Positions 32,781 to 42,165 of a DNA stretch of 64,000 nt are shown here, piece by piece. Source of the stretch: an uncultured Planctomycetota bacterium. GTDB lineage: Bacteria; Planctomycetota; Planctomycetia; Pirellulales; Lacipirellulaceae. Within the stretch, counting starts at the first letter, position 1; every line of letters starts with the position of its first letter. Under the pieces are notes generated by a model, which worked only from the letters and a program-made list of their open reading frames with translations, was not told where the DNA came from and ran no database searches. Location of the stretch: positions 32,001 through 96,000 of the forward strand of contig CAVRBU010000018.1 of assembly GCA_963719315.1 (NCBI GenBank). Reading direction: 5' to 3'. Both the position numbers and the translations under genes were made by a program.

Positions 32781-34625
32781 TTAGCTCGATTTCGGCGACC
32801 GCCACAGGCTCGCCAGCAGCAAATCGCGGATCGAAGGGAACTCGCGCGGCAGGCGATCGAAGAGCTTGAAGAACAGCTCATCGTGCGAAGCGATTTCCTG
32901 AATCCATTCCTTACGGCAGACTTTCATGGCTTGGTTGAATTCGTCCTGTGAGAATTTGAGACCTTTCCAGTCGAAGTCTTCGTACTTGGGTGTCCAGCCG
33001 AGCGGGCCTTCGGAGGCGGGGGCGCCACCGTTGACGCGGTCGACGACCCATTTCAGCACGCGCATGTTTTCGCCAAAGCCGGGCCAGAGAAATTTGCCTT
33101 CCGCGTCTCGGCGGAACCAGTTCACGCAAAAGATCGGTGGCAAGTTCGGAAAGCGGCGGCCCATATCGAGCCAGTGACTGAAGTAATCGCCGACGTGGTA
33201 GCCACAGAATGGCAGCATGGCGAATGGATCGCGGCGAACCTGGCCGAGCTGGCCGAATGCCGCTGCCGTCATTTCGGAGCCCATCGTGGCGGCGGCATAT
33301 ACGCCGAACGCCCAGTTAAAGGCTTGCGAAACGAGCGGCACTGTTGCGCTGCGGCGACCACCGAAAATGAACGCCGAGATCGGCACGCCTTTCGAGTCGT
33401 TGTAGGCGGGATCGGCCGACGGGCATTGCGCCATCGGCGCGGTGAAGCGGCTGTTGGGGTGAGCGGCCTTCTTGTCGCTGCCCGGCGCCCAGTCGTTGCC
33501 CTGCCAATCGATGGCGTGTTTCGGCGGGTCGCCGTCCATGCCTTCCCACCATACGTCGCCTTCGTCGGTAAGGGCAACGTTCGTGAAGATCGAGTTCTTC
33601 TTGATCGTCGCCATCGCGTTGGGGTTGGTTTTCTCATTCGTGCCGGGGGCAACGCCGAAGAAGCCGGCTTCCGGATTGATGGCGTACAGTCGACCGTCTT
33701 TACCAGGCTTGAGCCAGGCGATATCGTCACCGACGGTCGAAACTTCCCACCCTTCATCGCGGAAGTTCTTGGGTGGCACGAGCATCGCGAAATTCGTTTT
33801 GCCGCACGCGCTGGGGAAGGCCGCGGCCACGTAGGTCTTCTCGCCATTGGGACTCTTGACGCCCGTGATTAGCATGTGCTCCGCGAGCCAGCCTTCATCG
33901 CGGGCCATGCACGAGGCGATCCGAAGTGCCAGGCACTTCTTGCCCAGCAAGGCGTTTCCGCCGTAGCCGGAGCCGTAGCTCCAGATCATTCGCTCTTCGG
34001 GGAAGTGGACGATGTACTTGTCCTTCGGATCGGGGCTGCACGGCCAGGGCACATCATCTTGGCCCGGCTTGAGCGGCATGCCGACGGTGTGCAAGCACGG
34101 AATGAATTCGCCGTCCTTGCCGAGCACTTTGAGCACGGCTTCACCCATGCGGGTCATGATTCGCATGTTGACGACCACATACGGCGAATCGGAAAGCTGG
34201 ATACCGATGTGGGCGATGTCGGAGCCAATTGGGCCCATGCTGAATGGGATCACGTACATCGTGCGGCCGCGCATGCAGCCGTCGAACTTCGGCGTGAGGA
34301 GGGCTTTCATCTTATCCGGCGCCATCCAGTTATTGGTCGGGCCGGCGTCTTCTTCTTTCACCGAGCAGATATACGTGCGGTCCTCGACCCGGGCCACGTC
34401 GCTTGGATGGCTCCGTGCCAAAAAGCTTCCCGGGCGAAGTTCTGGATTCAGTTTGATGAACGTGCCCGCGGCGACCATCTCTTCGCAGAGCCGATCGTAT
34501 TCTTCTTGCGAGCCGTTGCACCAATACACCTGGTCGGGCTTGCACAGGGCGGCCATCTTGTCGACCCAGGCGACAAGCTGTCTGTGTTGAACGGTGCTGG
34601 GGGCTTCAAGCGTTTTCGTGGGCAC
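32781..34625 (-). CDS. pckG: Phosphoenolpyruvate carboxykinase (GTP)
   Basis: [63 protein letters not shown]. Confidence 0.97.
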   Translation of the reverse strand: MPTKTLEAPSTVQHRQLVAWVDKMAALCKPDQVYWCNGSQEEYDRLCEEMVAAGTFIKLNPELRPGSFLARSHPSDVARVEDRTYICSVKEEDAGPTNNWMAPDKMKALLTPKFDGCMRGRTMYVIPFSMGPIGSDIAHIGIQLSDSPYVVVNMRIMTRMGEAVLKVLGKDGEFIPCLHTVGMPLKPGQDDVPWPCSPDPKDKYIVHFPEERMIWSYGSGYGGNALLGKKCLALRIASCMARDEGWLAEHMLITGVKSPNGEKTYVAAAFPSACGKTNFAMLVPPKNFRDEGWEVSTVGDDIAWLKPGKDGRLYAINPEAGFFGVAPGTNEKTNPNAMATIKKNSIFTNVALTDEGDVWWEGMDGDPPKHAIDWQGNDWAPGSDKKAAHPNSRFTAPMAQCPSADPAYNDSKGVPISAFIFGGRRSATVPLVSQAFNWAFGVYAAATMGSEMTAAAFGQLGQVRRDPFAMLPFCGYHVGDYFSHWLDMGRRFPNLPPIFCVNWFRRDAEGKFLWPGFGENMRVLKWVVDRVNGGAPASEGPLGWTPKYEDFDWKGLKFSQDEFNQAMKVCRKEWIQEIASHDELFFKLFDRLPREFPSIRDLLLASLWRSPKSS

Positions 34626-34822
34626 GTAGGTTCTCCTCTTTTAATCAAGCAAGCGATACAACGATTCGACTAAGGTGGGCAACCACTGAAGCCTGGGAAT
34701 TCAGGGCGCGACTTCTAATTTTGCCATGTTTGGGCGACCTCTCCAAGGGGCCAAAAAGGTGGCTGCAATCCGCTTTTTGGAGTAAGCTGACGGGTGACCG
34801 TACAAGCCGAAGAGGAGCCTCT

Positions 34823-36053
34823 ATGGACGATATCGTAAGATCTGAATCGCGGGATAGGCCGTCCGTGGCGCGGCGTGGGCAAGGTTTCGCTGGCCGCACG
34901 TTGATCGGGCTCAGCATCGTCGCGCTGTGCGTAGCGACTTGCCTAACAACGTCGAGCGTAATCGCCTCGGAGAAGACGGGAGTCCCATATTGGTCCGCGG
35001 ACTTCGCAACGTGGGGACGCTCGCCGGCGGATTTGTTCGATACGCTCAGGGATTATTACCGCACGCTCCACTCGCTCCGTCGGATTCCCGGCACGAAAGC
35101 GTACCTGATGGACTACTACGTCGATTACCACATCGACGAAGTCCGCGCCCACGGGGTCGATGTAAAGCACGTCGATGATAGCGTGCTTGGCGTGTTGCTG
35201 CCCAAATGGACACTTCCCGTTGCCGTGCGGTTAAAGTCCAGGTTTCTTTCGGAGCAGATCGAAGCGATCGAGGCGGGCGAGCATTGTTCCACGGTGACGC
35301 TGCACTCCAAAAAAGGTCACGTATTCTTTGGCCGCAATCTCGATTACAAGCATGACGCCTGTTTGATTCTCAAGGTGCACGGACACGATGCCGCGTCGTC
35401 GGTGGCAGTATTGGATCTGCACTATTTGAATTTGGATCGCGACGACCTGGAGCAAACAAGTTTGACTAGGCGATTGCCGCTGTTGTTCGCACCCTACTAT
35501 CTGCAGGATGGCATGAATCAATATGGCGTAGCGGTCGCCGATATGTCGGTCCCCGGCGTCCGCGCCGTACGACCCGGGCAAACCAAGCGTCATCCATTCG
35601 CTCGCGATGCGGTTGATTCTGGACTATGCCAAAAACACCGACGAAGCGATCGAGCTGCTGAAGCAGTACAACATTTACTTCGTCGCGGAGACCTGCCATT
35701 TGATGATCGCCGACGCCTCGGGCAAGTCGGCAGTCGTCGAATTCATTGATGGCGAGCTAAAACAGACGACCACGCAAGAGCCGTGGCAGGTTTGTACGAA
35801 CCATCAAATTTGCGGCAAAAGCGAGGCTGAAAACGACGAGAGTTGCCAGCGATACCACACGGCGTCCGATGAATTGGCCGCGATGAAGGACGGCGTTTCT
35901 GCCAGCGACGTGATGAAGGTGATGGATTCCGTGCATCAGAAAACGACAATGTGGTCGAGCGTGTACGATCTTTCCACTGGCGATTTCAGAGTCGTGTACC
36001 GTCAGCATTACGACGCGCCGTTTGAAGACCACATAGGGGAACGCCATCCATGA
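34823..36053 (+). CDS. Ntn-hydrolase (choloylglycine hydrolase/C45-like); frameshift near 35560
   Basis: Cys nucleophile HCSTVTL, FGRNLDY, DGMNQYGVAV, HLMIADASGKSAVVEF, VCTNH, TMWSSVYDL. Confidence 0.8.
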
Positions 36054-36061
36054 GGCAGGAA

Positions 36062-38101
36062 CTACATTCGCTCGACCACCTGAATGCCGAGCAAACTTAG
36101 GCCGAGTTCGATCGTGCGGGCCGTCAGGTCGCACAGGGCAAGCCGGCTCATCCGCAGTTCGTCGCTTTCCGCCCTGAGAACGGGGCAGTATTCATAGAAA
36201 TCACTGTAACTGGTCGCCAGCGCGAACAAATAAGCAGCCAGGTGATTGGGTCGATAGTCGGACGCGACGTGGTCCAGGGCTTCCGCGAATTGTAGCAGTG
36301 AAATGCCAAGCGCCCTTTCTTGCGGCGTAGTGAGCAAAATGGAAGGTGTCGGGTGTCGGATGTCAAGTGTCAGAGAGTTCGTGGATCCGACACCTGACAC
36401 CCGACACCCGACACCTATGTTGCCTGCTTGCTCTGCCTTAGCAAAAATGCTCCGCACGCGGGCGTAGCTGTTTTGCATGTACGTCGCGGTGTTGCCGGTC
36501 ATAGCTAGCATTTTTTCGTAACTGAAAACGTAGTCGCTCGTGCGATTGTGGGCGAGGTCAGCGTATTTGATCGCACCGATGCCGATTCGCTCCGCGACTT
36601 GCCGCCGCTCTTCTTCGGAAAGCATTGGTTCCGGCCGCGCATCATCATTTTGCGAAACGATCGCGTATGCCCGCTCGACGGCTTCATCCAGTAAGCCGGC
36701 CAAACCGACCGAGGCGCCGGTGCGGGTTTTGAACGGTCGGCCGTCATCGCCCAGCACGGTTCCAAACGAGATGTGCTGTAGCTCAACCTCGCGATAACCC
36801 CACCGCCGGGCCGCGGCGAAAAGTTGTTCGAAGTGCAGCGACTGGCGATGATCGACCACGTAAAGAATCGCATCCGGCCGCCACTGTTTCATGCGGTATT
36901 GAACGGTCGCCAGATCGGTCGTGGCGTACAAAAATGCGCCGTCCTGCTTCTGAACGATCATTGGCACGTCGTAGCCGTCGAGGAATAGACAGATCGCGCC
37001 GTCACTCTCTCGCGTAAGTCCTTTTTCTGACAGGTCCTTCACGACGCCTTGGAGCCGGTCCTGGTAAAAACTCTCACCGAGCGTATGGTCAAACTCGACG
37101 CCGAGCCGTTTGTAAACGAGATTGATTTCAGCCAGGCAAGCTGGCAAAAAATCGCGCCACAAGCCCACGTTCGTCGCATCGTCGCTATGGAGCCGGGCCG
37201 TCTCCAATAAGACCTGTCGACCGATATCTGCATGTTCTGCCGCTAACTTACTCAACTGCGGATCGCTATCTACTGTGCCAACTTTGAGATAGTATCCGGC
37301 CAGTTCGCCGCGCATTTTGCTAACTTCGTTATCGCGCTCTCGCTGACGCTTAGCCGCTTGTTTGGCCTCTTTGGCATCGGCTGGCAGAGATTGGTTCGAC
37401 CAACCGTCCGCACCCTTGTCGGCATCGGCAAGGAGTTTCTCAAGTGCTGGGATTTTTTCGTTTCGCGTCTCGTGGTACTCCACCAGCGAGTTGACGAGCT
37501 TGTAGAGCCGCGTTAGTTCATCAACCGCGTGGCGCTTGAGCGAGTCGCGATCGACGAAATGCTTGAACCCGTAAATGATCATCCCGAACTGCGTGCCCCA
37601 GTCGCCGAGATGATTGTCGCTAATCGTGTGGTGGCCGAGAAACTTGAGAATACGGTAGAGAGCGTCGCCGATAACGGTCGAGCGAATGTGACCCACGTGC
37701 ATCGGTTTGGCGACGTTCGGTGACGAATAATCGACGACGAACGTCCGCGGCGCCGAGGTCCGCGGCACGCCCAGTCGATCAACGTCCCGGCTTGTCTCGC
37801 TTAATTGTGTTGCCAACCATGCATCCTTCAACCGCACGTTGATAAACCCGGGCCCGGCAATTTCCGGCGGATCACACCAGTCGCCAACGTCGAGCGCCGC
37901 GATGAGCTGTGCGGCAATCTCACGCGACGGCTTGCCCAGCCGCTTGCGGAGTGGCATCGCGCAGTTGGCCTGGTAATCGCCGAACTTCACGTCCTGGCTG
38001 GGCAACACCAAGGCAGTCAATGCGGGCACTTCTGCAGCATCGATGCCCAGCGTCCCGAGCGCGAGAGCGAACTGGCTGCGTAGAGTGGCGAGTATGTTCA
38101 T
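36062..38101 (-). CDS. argS: Arginine--tRNA ligase
   Basis: FGDYQAN, IAGPGFIN, DYSSPNVAKPMHVGHIRST, GDWGTQFG, YATTDLA. Confidence 0.97.
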   Translation of the reverse strand: MNILATLRSQFALALGTLGIDAAEVPALTALVLPSQDVKFGDYQANCAMPLRKRLGKPSREIAAQLIAALDVGDWCDPPEIAGPGFINVRLKDAWLATQLSETSRDVDRLGVPRTSAPRTFVVDYSSPNVAKPMHVGHIRSTVIGDALYRILKFLGHHTISDNHLGDWGTQFGMIIYGFKHFVDRDSLKRHAVDELTRLYKLVNSLVEYHETRNEKIPALEKLLADADKGADGWSNQSLPADAKEAKQAAKRQRERDNEVSKMRGELAGYYLKVGTVDSDPQLSKLAAEHADIGRQVLLETARLHSDDATNVGLWRDFLPACLAEINLVYKRLGVEFDHTLGESFYQDRLQGVVKDLSEKGLTRESDGAICLFLDGYDVPMIVQKQDGAFLYATTDLATVQYRMKQWRPDAILYVVDHRQSLHFEQLFAAARRWGYREVELQHISFGTVLGDDGRPFKTRTGASVGLAGLLDEAVERAYAIVSQNDDARPEPMLSEEERRQVAERIGIGAIKYADLAHNRTSDYVFSYEKMLAMTGNTATYMQNSYARVRSIFAKAEQAGNIGVGCRVSGVGSTNSLTLDIRHPTPSILLTTPQERALGISLLQFAEALDHVASDYRPNHLAAYLFALATSYSDFYEYCPVLRAESDELRMSRLALCDLTARTIELGLSLLGIQVVERM
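36344..36416. repeat. Heptamer-repeat hairpin inserted in frame in argS
   Basis: Four RGGTGTC-like units and four GACACCY units; same family as 3863-3912. Confidence 0.85.
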
Positions 38102-38108
38102 CGTTCAA

Positions 38109-38212
38109 AGACAAGAAGACAAGGAGATCGGGAGACAAGGAGATGCTGGAAATAGCCGTTACTGTCCCACATCACAGTCTACTTGTCTCCGTGTCTCCCA
38201 GTCTCCTTATCT
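38109..38212. repeat. Octamer-repeat hairpin (AGACAAGG)n / (CCTTGTCT-like)n
   Basis: Fills the rsfS-argS intergenic space. Confidence 0.75.
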
Positions 38213-38567
38213 AATTCTTTTGCCACGGCAGCGGGATTCGGGCCGCCTGGCCCCACAAATCCTCCAGCGCGTAGTAAGCCCGCGTTTCGGCATCGAACAT
38301 GTGAATAACGACCGTTCCGTAATCCAAAAGGATCCAACGGCTTTCGTTGTAGCCCTCGATGCCCATGCGGTGGTCGCTCAGCTCGCTCTCGAGGACGCGG
38401 TCGATCTCCTCGCTGATCGCATGCAGTTGGCGGCGGCTGTTGCCGGTGACCAGCACGAAATAGTCGAATTCGGTGGTCATTCCCCGCATATCGAGCACGG
38501 CGATGTCTTCGCCGCGATTGTCCTCGGCCGTGCGCGCCGCGGCCAGCGCGAGCTGCTTGCTTCGCAA
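38211..38567 (-). CDS. rsfS: Ribosome silencing factor (start uncertain)
   Basis: DIAVLDMR, FDYFVLVTGNSRRQLHAI, WILLDYGTVVIHMF, YYALEDLW. Confidence 0.93.
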   Translation of the reverse strand: MRSKQLALAAARTAEDNRGEDIAVLDMRGMTTEFDYFVLVTGNSRRQLHAISEEIDRVLESELSDHRMGIEGYNESRWILLDYGTVVIHMFDAETRAYYALEDLWGQAARIPLPWQKN

Positions 38568-38740
38568 CTGGCGAACCTCGAGTGTGGCGGCGGCATTAGC
38601 GATGGTGACGATACCCTAGGCAGCTCTGGCGGCGAATTATAGTGGCCCAATTTTAACCGTTGGGTCCGCCCGCGACGAGGGGACAGCAGAATACGAAGTG
38701 ATACCGTTTGAGTTGGCACCATAATGCCTTTTGCATGCGG

Positions 38741-38965
38741 CTAAAAGCCATATTTCTCTGGATAGGCCAACACAGCGTCAACGATATGTTCAGCAGCGGG
38801 CCTCAATACATCGGCGGCCATTAACAATTCAATCATCTTCCGCCGGTTTCTCGAAAGCGCTGCAATGTCCCAGCCGTCAATCAGCCCGGCTGCGTAAAGT
38901 CGCTCATTCGTTGTCATCCCACAGTACGGGCTGGGCGGAGGTTTTTCGCTAGGAATATCGTTCAT
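38741..38965 (-). CDS. Small hypothetical protein (GMTTNERLYAAGL ... PEKYGF)
   Basis: 74-aa ORF, lower GC than neighbours, protein-like helical pattern. Confidence 0.6.
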   Translation of the reverse strand: MNDIPSEKPPPSPYCGMTTNERLYAAGLIDGWDIAALSRNRRKMIELLMAADVLRPAAEHIVDAVLAYPEKYGF

Positions 38966-39224
38966 GCTGGCTACCATAGTCGGAATGATCTTCAAACGGT
39001 ATCACTACCGCAGAATAGGCAAAGAGACAAGCAGAGGGGGAAGAAAGGAGTTGCGAAAACACGCGGGGCTAGCCATCCTTCTCCTCGTTTCGCCCTCTAC
39101 GTCTTTTTTCCCAGCTGGGCTGGCGTCAATCGCGCCGGCGCGAGTATAAACAACACTCTTGAGTGCTACGTCAGGAAAGCGTTCCTCAAGCGCGCATGCA
39201 TGACGCTGGCCGGAGGCTCGAGCG

Positions 39225-39638
39225 ATGGACTGCGATCAAGTTTTCATGATTCTCACGCGCGGTCCATTCCCGACCGGCGAAGCCTGGGACGAGGACGTCG
39301 AGGCCCATTTGGAATTGTGCGCCGATTGCTGGCGGTTGGCCGAAGCGCTCCGGCCGGCACTTGAAGTCTTTCAGGAGGCAGTGCCACCCTCGGAAGGCCG
39401 CGATCTGCCCGGCTACTGGGGTGACGCCCGCCCGGCTTCGACAATGACGGCCCAACTGGTCCAGGGCTCGAGGCGCACGGCACTGATCGCTGAATCGGAC
39501 CCCGCTCGACCTGCCTATCACAGTTATCTCCCCCAACCGTTATCGAGCGAGCTTTCGGTCGATGTGTTTCGAGCGATGGCGCTCGCCGCCACGATGACGG
39601 TGGCTGTTCTGGCCCTGTTTTCGCTATTTAGAGGCTAG
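39225..39638 (+). CDS. Zinc-finger (HxxxCxxC) anti-sigma-like membrane protein
   Basis: MDC...AHLELCADC motif and C-terminal hydrophobic helix. Confidence 0.65.
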   Translation: MDCDQVFMILTRGPFPTGEAWDEDVEAHLELCADCWRLAEALRPALEVFQEAVPPSEGRDLPGYWGDARPASTMTAQLVQGSRRTALIAESDPARPAYHSYLPQPLSSELSVDVFRAMALAATMTVAVLALFSLFRG

Positions 39639-39765
39639 TGCTTTGTCACAGCTTGATTTTGGGATTAGCCGCGGGGCGCTAGCCCCCGGTTGGAGCGGCA
39701 CAAACCGGGGGCTAGCGCCCTGCGGCTGATGCGCCCAACCCCAATTTTTTAGCTGTGACAAAGCA
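39639..39765 (-). mobile_element. MITE copy 2 (127 bp), flanked by CTAG direct repeats
   Basis: Reverse complement of 22765-22890; CTAG at 39635-39638 and 39766-39769. Confidence 0.88.
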
Positions 39766-39962
39766 CTAGGGCGATTTGCCCCTGGGTGCTTTGTGAGCTA
39801 GGTTTGCGTAACGGACTGGACTGCCCACCCGCTCACCTCGTCGCTTGTCTCTAGCCACTGCCGCGCGTCCAGCTCCGTACTTGTCTTGCGCCGTTTTTGG
39901 CGAGTCATTCTGGCCTGCCTTCGTGCGCCGTTTTCCAACTGTTGACCTCGCAGTGTGTTCGT

Positions 39963-40448
39963 ATGAACTTTGCCATCGATTTTGATGCCGTCGATCCCGA
40001 CCGCGCCACGCTCACCAGCCAAATTGAATCATTACTGTTTCGAGTAAATCCGCGCGTCGCTCTCGAACGTCGTCGGGACGAACGCATTGCCATTCCGGTG
40101 CTGTTTCGCCTGACGCCGTTGGACACCGATCGCCAACCGGTCGAAATCGAATCGGCGTTCGTGGTGGGCAAGAATATATCCCGTCGCGGGATGAGCTTTT
40201 TTCACGAGCGGCCGATACCGTACCGCCGGGCGCTCATTGCGTTGGCTCAACCGGGCCTGGGAGATTTTGATGCGGAAATCGACGTGAGCTGGTGCCGCTT
40301 CACGCGGCCCGGCTGGTACGAGAGCGGTGGCCGGCTGATCCGCAGTGCAGTTCGCGCCATCCATCCTGACGGCGATGCTACCGGTCGCGCCGAACTGCTG
40401 CAACTGGCCGCATCAGGGTATTCGGCAACGCTTACCGCCGGCGTTTGA
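39963..40448 (+). CDS. PilZ-domain protein (putative c-di-GMP receptor)
   Basis: ERRRDER (RxxxR) and NISRRG (D/NxSxxG) motifs. Confidence 0.75.
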   Translation: MNFAIDFDAVDPDRATLTSQIESLLFRVNPRVALERRRDERIAIPVLFRLTPLDTDRQPVEIESAFVVGKNISRRGMSFFHERPIPYRRALIALAQPGLGDFDAEIDVSWCRFTRPGWYESGGRLIRSAVRAIHPDGDATGRAELLQLAASGYSATLTAGV

Positions 40449-40626
40449 TGCACGGCCCGTGCCGGGCCGATTTCTGAAGCGGGAACGGCAATAATTTGAC
40501 CCCCCGCCGGCGAATGGATTACCATTATTCCACGCGCCGGCGGCCCTGGGCGCCGCCGCGCACCGAGGCAATTGCCTCCGCCATTGTTTTCTTTTCTTGC
40601 GGGACCAGTATACAGGAGGCCGAGAC

Positions 40627-41841
40627 ATGAATGGCATGAAACACTTATTGAACTGCGCGGTGATCGGATGGTGCATGGTCGGGGCAGCGGTCGCGCAAAC
40701 ACAGGATTCGGAGGGCGGTCCGGCTGGAGCTGCACCGGGCGCGGCCACTGAAAAATCTTTGTTGACGGCGGGCGTCGCCCCAGCGAAGGCCGACGGGACG
40801 TCGATTGGTTTTTGCCAATGCGTGGGCGATTCGGAAGCGGCCGGCACCCGAAAAATTGAACAAGCTTTGAGCGGCCCCCTGCATTCGGCAGGCTTGGACT
40901 ACGCGGAGCAGCCGCTAAATGACGTGGTTTCACAACTGCAGGATGACTACGGAATTCCAATTCAATTGGATCATGCGGCGCTGGAGGCAGTAGGTGTTCG
41001 CCCTGACGAACAAGTGACCAGCAATCTTCATAATATTTCATTGCGATCCGCCCTGAGATTGATGCTTAAAAAACTCCAACTCACATACATTATCCAGGAT
41101 GAGGTCTTGCTCATCACCACCCCCGACGAAGCTGAAAAAACCTTGAAGGTCTGGGTTTACAACGTCGCCAGCATCGCCGGCGAACGCGGCGTTCAAATGG
41201 ATGCGCTCTCCGACACCATACTTTCATGCGTGGCAACCGACACCTGGGCCGAGAATGGCGGCGGCCAGGCGGCAATTCGCCCGATCAAGCCGGGCTTGCT
41301 CGTGATTTCACAAACCGCCGCCGTCCACGAAGAGATCCGCGATTTAATGGCAGCGATACGGAAAGTACGGAGTGAAAACGCGCGTGAAGTGAAGACTTCC
41401 GCCGATGCTAATGTTCCGACTCCGAATGAAGTCGTCACACGATCGTATCTCCTGCAACTGAATCCCTCGGACGACATTAATACGATGCGGTCCCAAATTC
41501 GCGAGCTGATTACGGGCTCGCTGCCCGATGAGGTCTGGACCGGCCGGCTTGCCGATGGCCAGGCGGTGACGCTCACCGTGTTTCACGATCGGATCGTCGT
41601 GCGGCAAACGCCTGCGGTGCAGGAAAAGCTGCAAAAAATTCTGGCCGACAGCGGGATTGCAACGCCATCCACCGGGGTTGCCGCGAATGAAAGTGGCGGC
41701 GGGTTTGGCCGCGGTGGCGGTGGAGGCGGGTTCTTTCGCCCCAGCCTTGAAAACAGCGGCCGCTACGGAGCCTCCGGCTCGCCCCTCGGCGCCAACCCGA
41801 CCGCCCCTGAGCCAGCCGGCGATAGTCCCTTTGCCAATTGA
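40627..41841 (+). CDS. Secreted protein with secretin N-terminal (STN/N-domain)-like modules, no barrel
   Basis: Signal peptide; SLRSALRLML..LTYIIQDEVLLITT and DTWAENGGG..ISQTAAVHEEI match segments of the secretin at 17206. Confidence 0.75.
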   Translation: MNGMKHLLNCAVIGWCMVGAAVAQTQDSEGGPAGAAPGAATEKSLLTAGVAPAKADGTSIGFCQCVGDSEAAGTRKIEQALSGPLHSAGLDYAEQPLNDVVSQLQDDYGIPIQLDHAALEAVGVRPDEQVTSNLHNISLRSALRLMLKKLQLTYIIQDEVLLITTPDEAEKTLKVWVYNVASIAGERGVQMDALSDTILSCVATDTWAENGGGQAAIRPIKPGLLVISQTAAVHEEIRDLMAAIRKVRSENAREVKTSADANVPTPNEVVTRSYLLQLNPSDDINTMRSQIRELITGSLPDEVWTGRLADGQAVTLTVFHDRIVVRQTPAVQEKLQKILADSGIATPSTGVAANESGGGFGRGGGGGGFFRPSLENSGRYGASGSPLGANPTAPEPAGDSPFAN

Positions 41842-41850
41842 CAACAAAAT

Positions 41851-41940
41851 GTAGCAGGCATGCTCCGCATACCGTAGCTGCCGCGACATCTGGCGCTGCC
41901 TCTCGGGAGGCGGACTGCGTACTGAGCACGCCTGATGACA
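41851..41940. repeat. Degenerate GTAG-type REP doublet
   Basis: gtagcaggcatgctccgcatacc ... gcgtactgagcacgcctgatgac. Confidence 0.45.
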
Positions 41941-41985
41941 ATCCCGGCACAGCCCAGTGGTGTCCTAATTTGAGGCCCAACAACC

Positions 41986-42040
41986 TTGTAGCACGGACTT
42001 CAGTCCGTGATTCTCCTACGGACTAAAGTCCGTACTACAA
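41986..42040. repeat. GTAG-type REP doublet (ACGGACTTCAGTCCGT)
   Basis: ttgtagcacggacttcagtccgt ... acggactaaagtccgtactacaa; same family as 52369-52434. Confidence 0.88.
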
Positions 42041-42165
42041 AGTTCCGCTCCGAACGGTGCCAAAATTAGGACACTACCCACAGCCCCCCACGATTGTCGG
42101 CCCCGTGACGAGGCTGGTAGACTGGCGGTTCTCGTATTCACAACCAGAACCTCAGGTCTGCTGTC

